Shown here: one piece after another, positions 30,035 through 39,608 of the stretch
How positions within the stretch are numbered: position 1 is the stretch's first letter
Layout of the letters: every line of letters starts with the position of its first letter
NCBI GenBank assembly: GCA_900553125.1
Contig: USCB01000006.1
Coordinates: forward strand, 517 to 64,516
Direction: 5' to 3'
From: an uncultured Clostridium sp.
GTDB lineage: Bacteria > Bacillota > Clostridia > TANB77 > CAG-508
Length of the DNA stretch: 64,000 nt
The notes under the pieces: generated by a model
Told to the model about the DNA's origin: nothing
What the model saw: the letters and a program-made list of their open reading frames with translations, nothing else
Database searches by the model: none
Translations under genes and position numbers: made by a program

Positions 30035-31219
30035 ATGAGTTATGCAATAATTAGAAATGCAAAATACAAAAGAGAAAATTTAAAAGGAATATTTAGACAC
30101 AATGAAAGAAGAAATAAAAACTATTCCAATAAAAATATTGATAAAGAAAAATCCTATTTGAATTATTCATTAAAAGACACTCAATTTACTTATGAAAAAG
30201 AATTTGATAGAATACGAAAAGAATATAATTTAAAAGGTCAAATCAAAACAGTTAGTAATATTATTTGTGAATATATAATTACATCTGATAAAACTTTCTT
30301 CGACACAATTGGAAAAGATGAAACTAAAAGATATTTTGAAACAGCTTACAAATTCGTTTGTGAATACAAGGATTTAGGCGAACAATATATTTTATCTGCA
30401 AAAGTGCATATGGATGAGGAAACCCCACATATGCACTTAGTTTTTATTCCAGTAGTTCATACTACAGATAAAAAAGGTAATAACATTGATAAAATTGCTT
30501 GTAGTGAATTTTGGAAAGCTAAAGATAGTTATAGACAATTACAAAATGCTTTCCACTCTTATATAACTGCAAATGGATTTGATTTAGAAAGAGGAAATCC
30601 TAGTGAAAGAGTACATTTATCTGTTGAAGATTATAAGAAAATTACAAATTTTGAAAATACTAAAACAGTTCTTAAAGATATTAAACTAGAGTTGCCAGAA
30701 ACACCTGATGTTAAAAGTTTTGGAAAACTAGTACGAAATAGAGATGAAAAAATACAAGAATTAGTTGTAGAGCCAAGAGATAAAATGATAAAAGAACTAC
30801 AAGAACAAAATTCTTTACTTTATCTAACACTACAAAATCAAGTTAATACTGTTGAAAGAGCCTCAAAATTTGAAAAAGAAAGAAAATCTATAATGTGTGA
30901 AAATAGAGAATTGAAAGAAAAGTGCGAAAATATGGAAAATGACTATTCTACAAAACTTAAAGAAGAAATACGAAAAGTTGAAAATAAATATGAAGATGAA
31001 ATCTACAAGTTGGAAAAAGAAAATAGCTTTTTACGAAAAATTATAAACACATTACAGAAAACAGTTGATAAATTCATACATTGGGTATGTAATAAGTTTT
31101 CAGTATCTTCTGAAGATGAATTTATTAAGGATTTTGAATTTGAAAATGATATTTATCTTGATCCAGAAAAACAGATTGAAAATGAAGAATATGAAAAAGA
31201 TTGGAATTTTGAATTATAG
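30035..31219 (+). CDS. MobV/Pre-family relaxase (plasmid recombination enzyme)
   Basis: MSYAIIRNAKYKRENLKGIFRHNERR N-terminus and the HMDEETPHMHLVFIPV HxDE..PHxH motif. Coiled-coil C-terminus. Confidence 0.85.
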   Translation: MSYAIIRNAKYKRENLKGIFRHNERRNKNYSNKNIDKEKSYLNYSLKDTQFTYEKEFDRIRKEYNLKGQIKTVSNIICEYIITSDKTFFDTIGKDETKRYFETAYKFVCEYKDLGEQYILSAKVHMDEETPHMHLVFIPVVHTTDKKGNNIDKIACSEFWKAKDSYRQLQNAFHSYITANGFDLERGNPSERVHLSVEDYKKITNFENTKTVLKDIKLELPETPDVKSFGKLVRNRDEKIQELVVEPRDKMIKELQEQNSLLYLTLQNQVNTVERASKFEKERKSIMCENRELKEKCENMENDYSTKLKEEIRKVENKYEDEIYKLEKENSFLRKIINTLQKTVDKFIHWVCNKFSVSSEDEFIKDFEFENDIYLDPEKQIENEEYEKDWNFEL

Positions 31220-31777
31220 AAATCTTTCTAATTCTAATTCTTTATAAGAATATTTTGCAACTTCACAATTTCCTAAGCACAATGGCAATAGTGTTTCAGC
31301 ATTTGGTATTCCTTCAAAATAACATTTAACTGGTATACTAATCCCTCCATGTGCCACTATTAATATTCTTTTTCCAGCATATTCATTTTTGATGCTCTCC
31401 AAAAAATCATATACCCTTCCAAAAAAGTCCTTTATATTTTCTGCTTTATCATATTTTAAATTTTGCTTGTAACTCCAAAAAGCATTAAAATCAAAGTCAG
31501 TATTAGACATTCCTTCAAATTCTCCAAAATCCCTTTCTGAAACTCTTTCATCTATTATCATCCTAATATTTCTTCCTTGATTAATAATTTCAGCAGTTTA
31601 TAAGGCTCTCTTTAAAGGAGAGCATAGAATTAAATCTATTTTTTCATTTTTCAAGAAATCTCTTGTTTCTTCTGCTTGTTGGATTCCTTTTTCATTTAAT
31701 TCTATATCTGCTTTTCCTTGTACTTTTTTTAATAAATTCCATTCCGTTTGACCATGTCTTGTTAATAATATTTCCAT
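31214..31777 (-). pseudogene. histidine phosphatase (GpmB/CobC-like) with an in-frame TAA at 31598-31600
   Basis: N-terminal MEILLTRHGQTEWN (RHG motif) ...SPLKRAL-stop-TAEII, continuing in frame into ORF 31214-31561. Confidence 0.75.
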
Positions 31778-31793
31778 TATAAAAATCTCCTAT

Positions 31794-33008
31794 CTATTCT
31801 CTTTCTATATCTCTTCTACTATAATCAAAGTCTCCATATTTTGTCCTTGCAAATAACTGGTGAATTTGCCCATAAATTGTTCCAGGACATCTGTTCAAGA
31901 CTTTTTCTATATGTTGTTTTACCTGTTCTGAATACATACCATTTGTTCTTACCAATACATCATTTCCAATATTAATACTTTCTCCTTTTTTGAAATGCTT
32001 ATTTCCAATCAGTATTCCATCATCTAAATATTCAATTGTATCACTACTATTTTTAAGCATTACACCGCAGCCATGTGGTGTTAGAGTAATTTGTTTATCT
32101 TTTAATTTTATTGTATTTTTAGAAGATAAATCAGGATGGACTAAATAAATGTCGTTTCCAGGTGCAGTTAATAAAGTAAAGTTATCTTGTTCCCATTGAC
32201 AACCTATACATATAGCATTTTTAGTAGGCATTCCATAATGACTTAAATTAATAACTTCTTCACCTGCCAATTCGCCTAAAACAGCATTACAAAAATATCT
32301 ATTTCTATCTTTATTTATTCTTTGTAATATATTAGCTAATTCTGAAAATTGATCAGCTTTTTTTCCATAAATATATCTTAAATATCTATTTTCTTTATCA
32401 TCATATATTGTTTGAATATCATCATAATACCAGTTACCTTCTACAGGATATAAGCCATATTTTAAGTTATCTTTTTTTAATTCTATTGCAGAAGCATGAA
32501 CTATCATATATTGACCTTCTGGAAGTTCAAAATTTTCTCCATTTTGTTCTGCCAAAATTGCAAAATGATTTCCTACATTATAATTCCAATAAAATTTATC
32601 TTCTCTTTCTAAATCAATTGAATCCAATATTTGTGATGGAAGATGTGTTGTTGCATATTTTAAATATATTTCTCTATTTTTCATAACTCCATCTAATCTT
32701 CTTTGAAACTCCTGTGGCGTTATTTTTTGCTTTAATCTATAAACCGCTGTACCACAAACATTCACAGTTGCATCTACAGGAATAAATGGAACATCAGAAT
32801 CCCAAGAATAGCAAGAACCTGTGTAAAATCCACCTAACATTCTTGTGCCATTTTGTGCTATTCCTAAATCAGGCATTGCATATATCATACTTTCCTTTTG
32901 TGTTCCAGATAATTCTGTTCCTACTTTACTTAGTAATTTTGATGTTATTTCTAGGTGCTTTAATATTTCTTTTTGAGTATTATCATTTAATGAAAAATTT
33001 GTCACCAT
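31794..33008 (-). CDS. divergent RtcB-family protein
   Basis: Collinear with RtcB blocks: AMPDLGIAQNG (PDVHLGKG), IPVDATVNVCG (GVDIGCGM), GNHFAIL (GNHFIE), MIVHASA (HSGSRG), and TPHGCG (SHGAGR). Several metal-binding His residues are replaced. Start at Met 33008 after an AAGGGGA RBS. Confidence 0.55.
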   Translation of the reverse strand: MVTNFSLNDNTQKEILKHLEITSKLLSKVGTELSGTQKESMIYAMPDLGIAQNGTRMLGGFYTGSCYSWDSDVPFIPVDATVNVCGTAVYRLKQKITPQEFQRRLDGVMKNREIYLKYATTHLPSQILDSIDLEREDKFYWNYNVGNHFAILAEQNGENFELPEGQYMIVHASAIELKKDNLKYGLYPVEGNWYYDDIQTIYDDKENRYLRYIYGKKADQFSELANILQRINKDRNRYFCNAVLGELAGEEVINLSHYGMPTKNAICIGCQWEQDNFTLLTAPGNDIYLVHPDLSSKNTIKLKDKQITLTPHGCGVMLKNSSDTIEYLDDGILIGNKHFKKGESINIGNDVLVRTNGMYSEQVKQHIEKVLNRCPGTIYGQIHQLFARTKYGDFDYSRRDIERE

Positions 33009-33112
33009 ATAAAAATTCCCCTTTATAATAAGTTTGACTTCCGTCAATTTAATTATAAGAGGGTGTTGGCATTATGTAAAATACATATTTATTTGTAAAA
33101 TATAACTTGAAG

Positions 33113-33991
33113 TTATACTTTGCAATTATTTTTTAAAATTTCAATTAAATCATTTAATTCTTTAAATTTATTATTAACATTATAGTACAATCCAAATTCC
33201 GCATTTGGAAGTGAAAAACCAACATCTAAAACGCATAATTCATTATCGGCTATTTTTTCTTCTACATATTCTTTAGTTATAACAGTTATTATATCTCTAA
33301 CTTTTAATAATTCAAGCATTGCAGTATAGTTGACGTTATCGACATTAATTGTATCGCTTTCGCTATATTCAAGCTCTTTTATTAAATTTTGATATGCACT
33401 AGAAAATTTTTTCAATGTATAAATTGTTGTATTTCTTAAATCCTTTTTAGAAAGTTTTTTATTTAAATACTGTGAATTAGCATTTACAATAAATACATCA
33501 TGTAGTTCTCCAATTTTTATAAATTTAATTTCCTTTGAATTATATATTTCATCACTGTATTTTTTTGAGAATGCAAGGTCTATTTTTTGTTTTTCTAACA
33601 TTGAAAACATATTTTCAGCTATTAATTGATGTATATTAATAATACTATTTTGATGGTCGTCATAAAATTTCAAAATCGCACTATTATAGATTTTGCTAGG
33701 CATATTTACATGTACACCTAAATTTATATTTGAATGCATATTAAAAATATCTTCTGCCTTTAAAATAACATCAATAGCATCTTTTATTTGTGAATATAGT
33801 TTTTTCCCATTTTCATTTAATATCATTCCATACTTACTTCTTTTAAATAGTTGAACATGTAATTCATTTTCCAAATTTTTAATATGTTTAGTTACTGCTG
33901 GTTGTGAAATATGTAAAATTTCACTTGCTTTCGTTAAATTTTCTTCTTCTGCTACAACTTTAAATATTCTATATAGTTCTAAATTTACCAT
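33113..33991 (-). CDS. LysR-family transcriptional regulator
   Basis: N-terminal wHTH LTKASEILHISQPAVTKHIKNLENEL plus a substrate-binding-domain-sized C-terminus. Confidence 0.85.
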   Translation of the reverse strand: MVNLELYRIFKVVAEEENLTKASEILHISQPAVTKHIKNLENELHVQLFKRSKYGMILNENGKKLYSQIKDAIDVILKAEDIFNMHSNINLGVHVNMPSKIYNSAILKFYDDHQNSIINIHQLIAENMFSMLEKQKIDLAFSKKYSDEIYNSKEIKFIKIGELHDVFIVNANSQYLNKKLSKKDLRNTTIYTLKKFSSAYQNLIKELEYSESDTINVDNVNYTAMLELLKVRDIITVITKEYVEEKIADNELCVLDVGFSLPNAEFGLYYNVNNKFKELNDLIEILKNNCKV

Positions 33992-34014
33992 TATAATCGT
34001 TCTCCCTTTATAAA

Positions 34015-35358
34015 TTACTTTAAGATTTTCCAGCTTCCTGTTTTCTTTGAACCTTCTCTTTCTATTATCTTTACTTCTTGTAAATGTTTTATTGCTCTTG
34101 ATATAGTTCTATCTGAAAGATTAGTTTCATTTACAATTTCTTCTCTTGTTATTTGATTATTATTTATTATTAAATTTAATATTTGTTGTTCATTTTTAGT
34201 TAATTTTATTGTGCCGTTTAATGTGTCATTTATTGTGTCATCTGTTGACACTTTATTTTTAGAGTCATATTCAAATGGATTTTCTTTGTATTTAAAAGAA
34301 ACTCTCAAGAAATGTTCCATAAATTTGAAACAACTTTTATCATAAGCATCTAAAATTCTTAAAACTCCAGAACCGATATTTTCAATTAAATCTACATCTT
34401 TAAATACTCTAATAAGTTCTTTGTTTCTTGGTGCAGTAACACCTTCTAAAAATTCTTCTTGTGATAATTCTTGTGGCAAACCACCTGCAGATGTTATTTC
34501 AATTCTATCAGAATACAATTCTATTATTGGAGAATTTCCATAAGAATAATCATTATGTACAATTGCATTTATAACAGCTTCTTTTAATGCTTTGCTATCA
34601 ATTTTTTCTTGTTCTTTTCTTCCAAAGTATTCTATTTTGGCATATGTAGTATTTTCAACATCAAGTCTGTCTAATATTCTTTGTGTAGTAGTAATTAAAC
34701 AACGATTTCCAAACTCTAAATTTTCTAATAATTCAAGTTTATTTGTTCCTAAATATCTTACAAGTTTTATAGAAACAGTATTTTCATCTGCTAGTAAAAA
34801 GGCATTATAATTGTATTTACCTTCACTTGTTAGTAAATCAAGATTCTGTAAAAAGTTATCATTTAATTTTAATCCGTGTTCTTCATAATAAATTTTTAAT
34901 TGATTAAATGTTAACTCTTGTCTAGGGGAATCAATTTCTTTTAATGTATTCTTAATTCTTCTAGCATACATATCATCTATCATTCTTTCTGTCATTCGCT
35001 CTTTGCTACTACCAACTCTAATATAACATCCTTCTGGAGTTCTTCCTTTTTTTCTTAAATAATAAGGTTTTTCAGTTCCACTTGATATTATAACTTTTAT
35101 TACTTCTTTATTGTCTATTGTTTCCACAGTTACATCAAATAATCCTAAAGTAGAAGGTTGTATGTTATTTTTTATTCTGTCTTTTATTTGTAGTTGTGTT
35201 AAATCAGTATTGTCAACTCCAACAACTTGTCCGTTTTTATTTATTCCAACATAAATTATTCCACCTTCTTTGTAATTAAGAAAGGCAATAACTTCTTGCT
35301 CAAAATCTTCATTCAGTTGTTCTTTGTTTTCAATTCTGTTTGTTTCTGTATTTTGCAT
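34015..35358 (-). CDS. AlbA_2 (Schlafen-like) / HATPase_c_4 / wHTH putative DNA-binding regulator (RecG-like annotation class)
   Basis: ENKEQLNEDFEQEVIAFLNYKEGGIIYVGI AlbA_2 N-terminus. Central NAIVHNDY ATPase-like motif. C-terminal HTH. Confidence 0.65.
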   Translation of the reverse strand: MQNTETNRIENKEQLNEDFEQEVIAFLNYKEGGIIYVGINKNGQVVGVDNTDLTQLQIKDRIKNNIQPSTLGLFDVTVETIDNKEVIKVIISSGTEKPYYLRKKGRTPEGCYIRVGSSKERMTERMIDDMYARRIKNTLKEIDSPRQELTFNQLKIYYEEHGLKLNDNFLQNLDLLTSEGKYNYNAFLLADENTVSIKLVRYLGTNKLELLENLEFGNRCLITTTQRILDRLDVENTTYAKIEYFGRKEQEKIDSKALKEAVINAIVHNDYSYGNSPIIELYSDRIEITSAGGLPQELSQEEFLEGVTAPRNKELIRVFKDVDLIENIGSGVLRILDAYDKSCFKFMEHFLRVSFKYKENPFEYDSKNKVSTDDTINDTLNGTIKLTKNEQQILNLIINNNQITREEIVNETNLSDRTISRAIKHLQEVKIIEREGSKKTGSWKILK

Positions 35359-35362
35359 AAAA

Positions 35363-36280
35363 TCACACTCCTATTTCATTTTCTTCAACATCTTCAAATT
35401 GTGATGTTAATGTGTTAAATTTTTTTAATCCTTTAGTTGATACCCAACCACTAACACTTATTTTATTTTTATCATCCTTATATTCTATTTTAGCCCAGTA
35501 TGGTTTAGTTTTTATTATATGTACTAGCTGAGAATAATATAAATATCCAATCACTTGTTCTTTACTATCTGGTTGTTTTCTAACCTTTAACTTTTCTGAA
35601 TTTATCATTGCACAATGAGTATTAAAATATTTATTATCTTTATCTGCGATTTTAGGATATTTGTTCTTAAAAATCCCTATTATATATATTACCATTTTGG
35701 CACCAATATATCCTTTAAATCCTTCATCTAATGCTAACATGAACCATTGCAAAATTTCTTGTGGAAAGCACATAAATGCCAAACAACACATAAAAGATAT
35801 TATAATTTTTTTCAGAATATTATTAATATTAATAGAATGTTTAGAGTTAATATCATCTATTAATTCATTTGTGTTTTTTTCGACTTCTTCCTTTTCAAAA
35901 ATAGTTCCATCATATTCGATTGTTCCATTATCATTAATTTTTAAATTATTAAAATCAATTTCGCTTACAACATCCTTATATGCCAAAATGGTATTGTATA
36001 TATCTGGAATTATAATTTGAGATCTTATATTATTAATCTGTTGGGCATATAACTGTATAGTAGGTTTAAGCACATTTTGAAATGTATCACTTATAAAATA
36101 TTCTTGCATCATTTTATCGTAAATAGAACATTGTTGAATAGCAGACTGCATAGAAGTTTTAAAAGCAGTACTATTAACCATATCTACTACTGGTCTAGAA
36201 ATTTGTTGCATTTGTTCTATTAATTTATTTATACCAGAATTAGAAAAATTATATATATCGTTGTTCATTTTATCCTCCAT
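35363..36280 (-). CDS. membrane protein with C-terminal bacterial SH3 domain
   Basis: Two central TM segments. C-terminal KLKVRKQPDSKEQVIGYLYYSQLV...GWVSTKGL is an SH3b pattern. Confidence 0.55.
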   Translation of the reverse strand: MEDKMNNDIYNFSNSGINKLIEQMQQISRPVVDMVNSTAFKTSMQSAIQQCSIYDKMMQEYFISDTFQNVLKPTIQLYAQQINNIRSQIIIPDIYNTILAYKDVVSEIDFNNLKINDNGTIEYDGTIFEKEEVEKNTNELIDDINSKHSININNILKKIIISFMCCLAFMCFPQEILQWFMLALDEGFKGYIGAKMVIYIIGIFKNKYPKIADKDNKYFNTHCAMINSEKLKVRKQPDSKEQVIGYLYYSQLVHIIKTKPYWAKIEYKDDKNKISVSGWVSTKGLKKFNTLTSQFEDVEENEIGV

Positions 36281-37452
36281 TACTTACTATTTACTAACCA
36301 CTCATAAACTTCATCTTCTGTTAAAACTCCATGTTTCAATTTATTTACTCTATCTTTAGCATCTTTTTTCCATTTATCAAAATCTTTTTTCATTTGTTTA
36401 TTATCTTTATTTCTACCAACAGCCATAGACTTTAATTGGTATAATCTTCTGTATTCTGCTAATGCTTTATTTTGTTTTAGTCTTTCGTTATAAGCTTGTA
36501 CTGCACCTTGTTCTCTACAAGTTTTACCGTTTGCTTTTGGATAATCACAATAGATCTCATCAAGTCTTGAGTTTGGAATAAAGTACATTCCACAGTTTTG
36601 ACATTTCTTAATTGGATTATTTGATGTTTTTACTAATTCTTCTAATACTGCATAGCATATAGCGGATAAGTCATTGCTTTGATGTGTATCTATCATTGAA
36701 ACAAGCATTGTGTTATTCTTAAAACTATCTAATAATTGCTTATCATTCAAATGTGATAATTCTAAATTTTTATTTGAATAGCTATCTTGAATAATATTGT
36801 CATTTTTATTATAAGTATGTGCTTGTCCTTTATGCTTAATTAAATATACTGCAAATCTTTGACTAGGCGTATATTCTTTTAATTCTTCTTGTTCATCAAG
36901 GTTAAATACATAGTTTACAAATGCTTTCATTTCTTCTTGTATTTCTTGTATCTTATATTGTAGGTCATTGTATATTTTTTCCATCTGCTTTAAATATACT
37001 TCATCGTTTTCATATTTTCCTTTTAATTCAAAAGTATAATTTTCATCTATATCTTTTAATATCTCAAATCCATAAGCAAAGAAGAATGTTTCATAAGCTG
37101 ATTCATATGTCTCTAAATTAGCATTTAAAAATCTTAATAAAAACATTCCAAATCTTTCAACATAAGGAAAATACATATTTCCTGGATATTTTAATCCTTG
37201 CTCTTCTTTAATTCTTCCTTTAACTTCGCTTTTATCAAAATATAATGTTAATAGTCTATTCTCAAAATCATCTTTTCTATTTACACTATAAAGATACAAA
37301 GGTGTTGAATAATATTCTTCTCTTTTTTCTTTATTAAACCAAATATAAAAACTATCAAAAAAATTTTTTTCTGGTAAATTTGCTTTCATTTCAATACTTC
37401 CTCCAAATTTATAGTTAACAATTTTTATTTTTTTACAATTTGTTATTGACAT
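36280..37452 (-). CDS. hypothetical protein with a C-terminal CxxC...C zinc-ribbon-like motif, of a type common on Firmicutes integrative elements
   Basis: KKCQNCGMYFIPNSRLDEIYCDYP...KTCREQGA motif. Its stop overlaps the next gene's start at 36280. Confidence 0.4.
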   Translation of the reverse strand: MSITNCKKIKIVNYKFGGSIEMKANLPEKNFFDSFYIWFNKEKREEYYSTPLYLYSVNRKDDFENRLLTLYFDKSEVKGRIKEEQGLKYPGNMYFPYVERFGMFLLRFLNANLETYESAYETFFFAYGFEILKDIDENYTFELKGKYENDEVYLKQMEKIYNDLQYKIQEIQEEMKAFVNYVFNLDEQEELKEYTPSQRFAVYLIKHKGQAHTYNKNDNIIQDSYSNKNLELSHLNDKQLLDSFKNNTMLVSMIDTHQSNDLSAICYAVLEELVKTSNNPIKKCQNCGMYFIPNSRLDEIYCDYPKANGKTCREQGAVQAYNERLKQNKALAEYRRLYQLKSMAVGRNKDNKQMKKDFDKWKKDAKDRVNKLKHGVLTEDEVYEWLVNSK

Positions 37453-37760
37453 TCTATAATTATTATACTATAATGCTATCATAATTACAATAGTTTTGCA
37501 ATGAAAAATTGTAAAACTATAAAAGTACATTGAAAAATACACTAAAACTTAGTGTCATAACACCAGTATTATAGAACAATATAATGATACTTCGGCTTGG
37601 CTTAACGTGATGTTGAGGAGTCGCTCGGCTGATAGCGGAGAGGTGAAATTCCTATGTAGGTAAAACTAACTATAATATTCCCTTAAGTAGATGGGATGGT
37701 TAAAAAAATCTACTAAACTATATGCAAAATTTTGATTTTACAAGAAATGGAGGAACAGAA

Positions 37761-37961
37761 GTGAAAGATAACAATCACACACAAGAAATGTTTGCTGATT
37801 ATCCTGATGTTGTTGATGTATCTGGACTACGATCAATGCTAGGAAATATTGGCAGACAAACAGCATACGAATTAGTACGAAAAGGTACTATTAAAGCAAT
37901 TAAAGTTGGAAAGCTTTACAGAATACCTAAGATAAATGTTATCGCTTTTTTAACTGAATAA
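37761..37961 (+). CDS. xis: excisionase-family HTH protein
   Basis: VSGLRSMLGNIGRQTAYELVRKGTIKAIKVGKLYRIPKINVIAFL matches the excisionase/MerR-like HTH_17 pattern. GTG start 7 nt after GGAGG, located inside ORF 37722-37961. Confidence 0.7.
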   Translation: MKDNNHTQEMFADYPDVVDVSGLRSMLGNIGRQTAYELVRKGTIKAIKVGKLYRIPKINVIAFLTE

Positions 37962-37994
37962 AAATACTGTTTAAAAATAAGAAAGGAGATTTTA

Positions 37995-39257
37995 ATGTAT
38001 AACATTACAGCATATTTAACAATTAAGAATAAGACCTTTTATACAGTATTAACTTACTATGTAGATGGCATTAGAAAAATGAAATGGGTATCTACAGGAT
38101 TTAAAGAAAATGAAAGTAAGAAAAAAGCTGAAAGGAAACTTATTCAAATAAGAGATGAATTTATAAACAAATTAGAAACAATTGCAACTACAAAAATAGA
38201 AGATAAAAAAGTACAAATATCATTTGCAGACTTTATGATTAAATGGCTTGATATGATAAAACATCAAATAGAAGAATCTACATATACAGGTTATAAAAGA
38301 CAAATTGAAGGCAGAACAAAAGAATATTTTACTAAAAATCCAGTAATGCTTGAAGATTTGAAACCAGTACATATTTTAGATTTTTATAATTGGTTATATT
38401 CACAAGGTCTTAAAGGAAATACAGTCACAAAATATCATGCTAATATTAGAAAGGCTTTAGATTATGCAGTGCAAACAGACTTAATACAAAGTAATCCAGC
38501 TATTAAAGTTGGAAGACCACAACAAGAACAATTTATTGCTGACTATTATAATGAAGATGAATTAAACAATTTATTTAAAGTTGTAAAAGATACTACTTTA
38601 GAACTAATAATTTATTTAACTGCTTTTTATGGATTACGAAGAAGTGAAGTTTTAGGTATTAGGTGGTCTGCAATAGATTTTGAAAATAAAACAATTACTA
38701 TAAGTCATAAGGTAGTAACTGTTACAAATGAAAGCGAAGATAGTAAAACAAAAACAAAAATGATTACTAAAAGCAAAACAAAAAATAAATCTAGTTATAG
38801 AACATTTCCTTTATTTAAAAAAATTGAAGAACTTTTACTATACACTAGAAAAATGCAAGAATACTATATGTCTATATTTAAAGAAAGTTACAATAAACAA
38901 TATAAAGATTATGTTTGTTTAGATGAATTGGGAAATTTGAGAAAACCTGATTATGTTAGTCATAAGTTCAAACAAATATTAAAGAATAATGGTTTGAGAG
39001 AAATAAGATTTCATGATTTAAGACACAGTTGTGCAACATTACTTGTTAAAAAAGGAATATCTTTAAGAGAAATACAAGATTGGCTAGGACATTCTAGTTC
39101 TAAAACAACAGAAAGATATGCACACTTGGATTCGAGTACAAAGATAAAATCTGCAACAGCTATTGAAAATGCATTAAGCTTTAGCACCAAAACTAATAAC
39201 GAAAATAAAGACATAAAAAAAGATATATTAGATCTGGACTCTAATATACCTAAATAA
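37995..39257 (+). CDS. int: tyrosine site-specific integrase with N-terminal arm-binding domain
   Basis: GLRRSE (Arg I), RFHDLRHSCATLL (H-x-x-R), LGHSSSKTTERYAHL (catalytic Tyr). Adjacent to the tRNA 3' end. Confidence 0.9.
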   Translation: MYNITAYLTIKNKTFYTVLTYYVDGIRKMKWVSTGFKENESKKKAERKLIQIRDEFINKLETIATTKIEDKKVQISFADFMIKWLDMIKHQIEESTYTGYKRQIEGRTKEYFTKNPVMLEDLKPVHILDFYNWLYSQGLKGNTVTKYHANIRKALDYAVQTDLIQSNPAIKVGRPQQEQFIADYYNEDELNNLFKVVKDTTLELIIYLTAFYGLRRSEVLGIRWSAIDFENKTITISHKVVTVTNESEDSKTKTKMITKSKTKNKSSYRTFPLFKKIEELLLYTRKMQEYYMSIFKESYNKQYKDYVCLDELGNLRKPDYVSHKFKQILKNNGLREIRFHDLRHSCATLLVKKGISLREIQDWLGHSSSKTTERYAHLDSSTKIKSATAIENALSFSTKTNNENKDIKKDILDLDSNIPK

Positions 39258-39275
39258 TTAAGTATTTTCCAAAAT

Positions 39276-39300
39276 TGTTAGAAATTTGTTAGAAAAATCT
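39276..39300. promoter_or_regulatory. TGTTAGAAATT-TGTTAGAAAAATCT direct repeats (candidate arm-type integrase sites, int-proximal end)
   Basis: 57 bp from the tRNA 3' end. Matches 29126-29150. Confidence 0.5.
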
Positions 39301-39317
39301 AGCAATTTTATTATAAA

Positions 39318-39352
39318 AGCATCAAGGTTAATTCTCTGAACTCCTTGATGCT
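39318..39352 (-). terminator. hairpin immediately downstream of tRNA-Leu, supplied by the inserted element
   Basis: 10-bp stem AGCATCAAGG/CCTTGATGCT, followed on the minus strand by TTTATAAT. Confidence 0.5.
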
Positions 39353-39356
39353 CTTA

Positions 39357-39444
39357 TGGTGCAGATGGCCGGAATCGAACCGGCACGGTTTATTCAACCG
39401 CAGGATTTTAAGTCCTGTGCGTCTACCAGTTCCGCCACATCTGC
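39357..39444 (-). tRNA. tRNA-Leu(UAA), 88 nt including encoded CCA
   Basis: Reverse complement is GCAGATGTGGCGGAACTGGTAGACGCACAGGACTTAAAATCCTGCGGTTGAATAAACCGTGCCGGTTCGATTCCGGCCATCTGCACCA. It has a 7-bp acceptor stem, a CTTAAAA anticodon loop, a long variable arm and a GGTTCGATTCC T-loop. Confidence 0.9.
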
Positions 39445-39608
39445 ATATAAACTGGTATATGTCCTAACGACATTGACTATTATATTATTAATTAACACAT
39501 TTGTCAATACCTATTCTAAATTTTTTCCAACAAATTTTGTCAAAAAATAAATACAGAGGCTCAAAGACGCTCTACATCTAATAAGCCTCACTTATAAAAA
39601 ATTAACAA

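Larger units (their letters stand above)
28972..39356. mobile_element. integrative mobilisable element (IME) inserted in tRNA-Leu(UAA). Carries int, xis, RepA_N, MobV relaxase plus oriT, and cargo.
   Basis: Bounded by the intact tRNA and att copy 2. The integrase is adjacent to the tRNA 3' end. Matching TGTTAGAAAT-TGTTAGAAAAATCT repeats lie near both ends. Confidence 0.8.

Noticed and set aside
37635-37655. GGTGAAATTCC motif reminiscent of the cobalamin riboswitch core.
   Set aside because: Only this short match is present. There is no B12 box, no surrounding conserved helices, and the downstream gene is an excisionase.
26543-39413. The 57-bp triple direct repeat considered as a possible CRISPR-like array.
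   Set aside because: There are only three copies, spaced 2.3 and 10.4 kb apart. The repeat is the 3' half of tRNA-Leu, so these are att sites.
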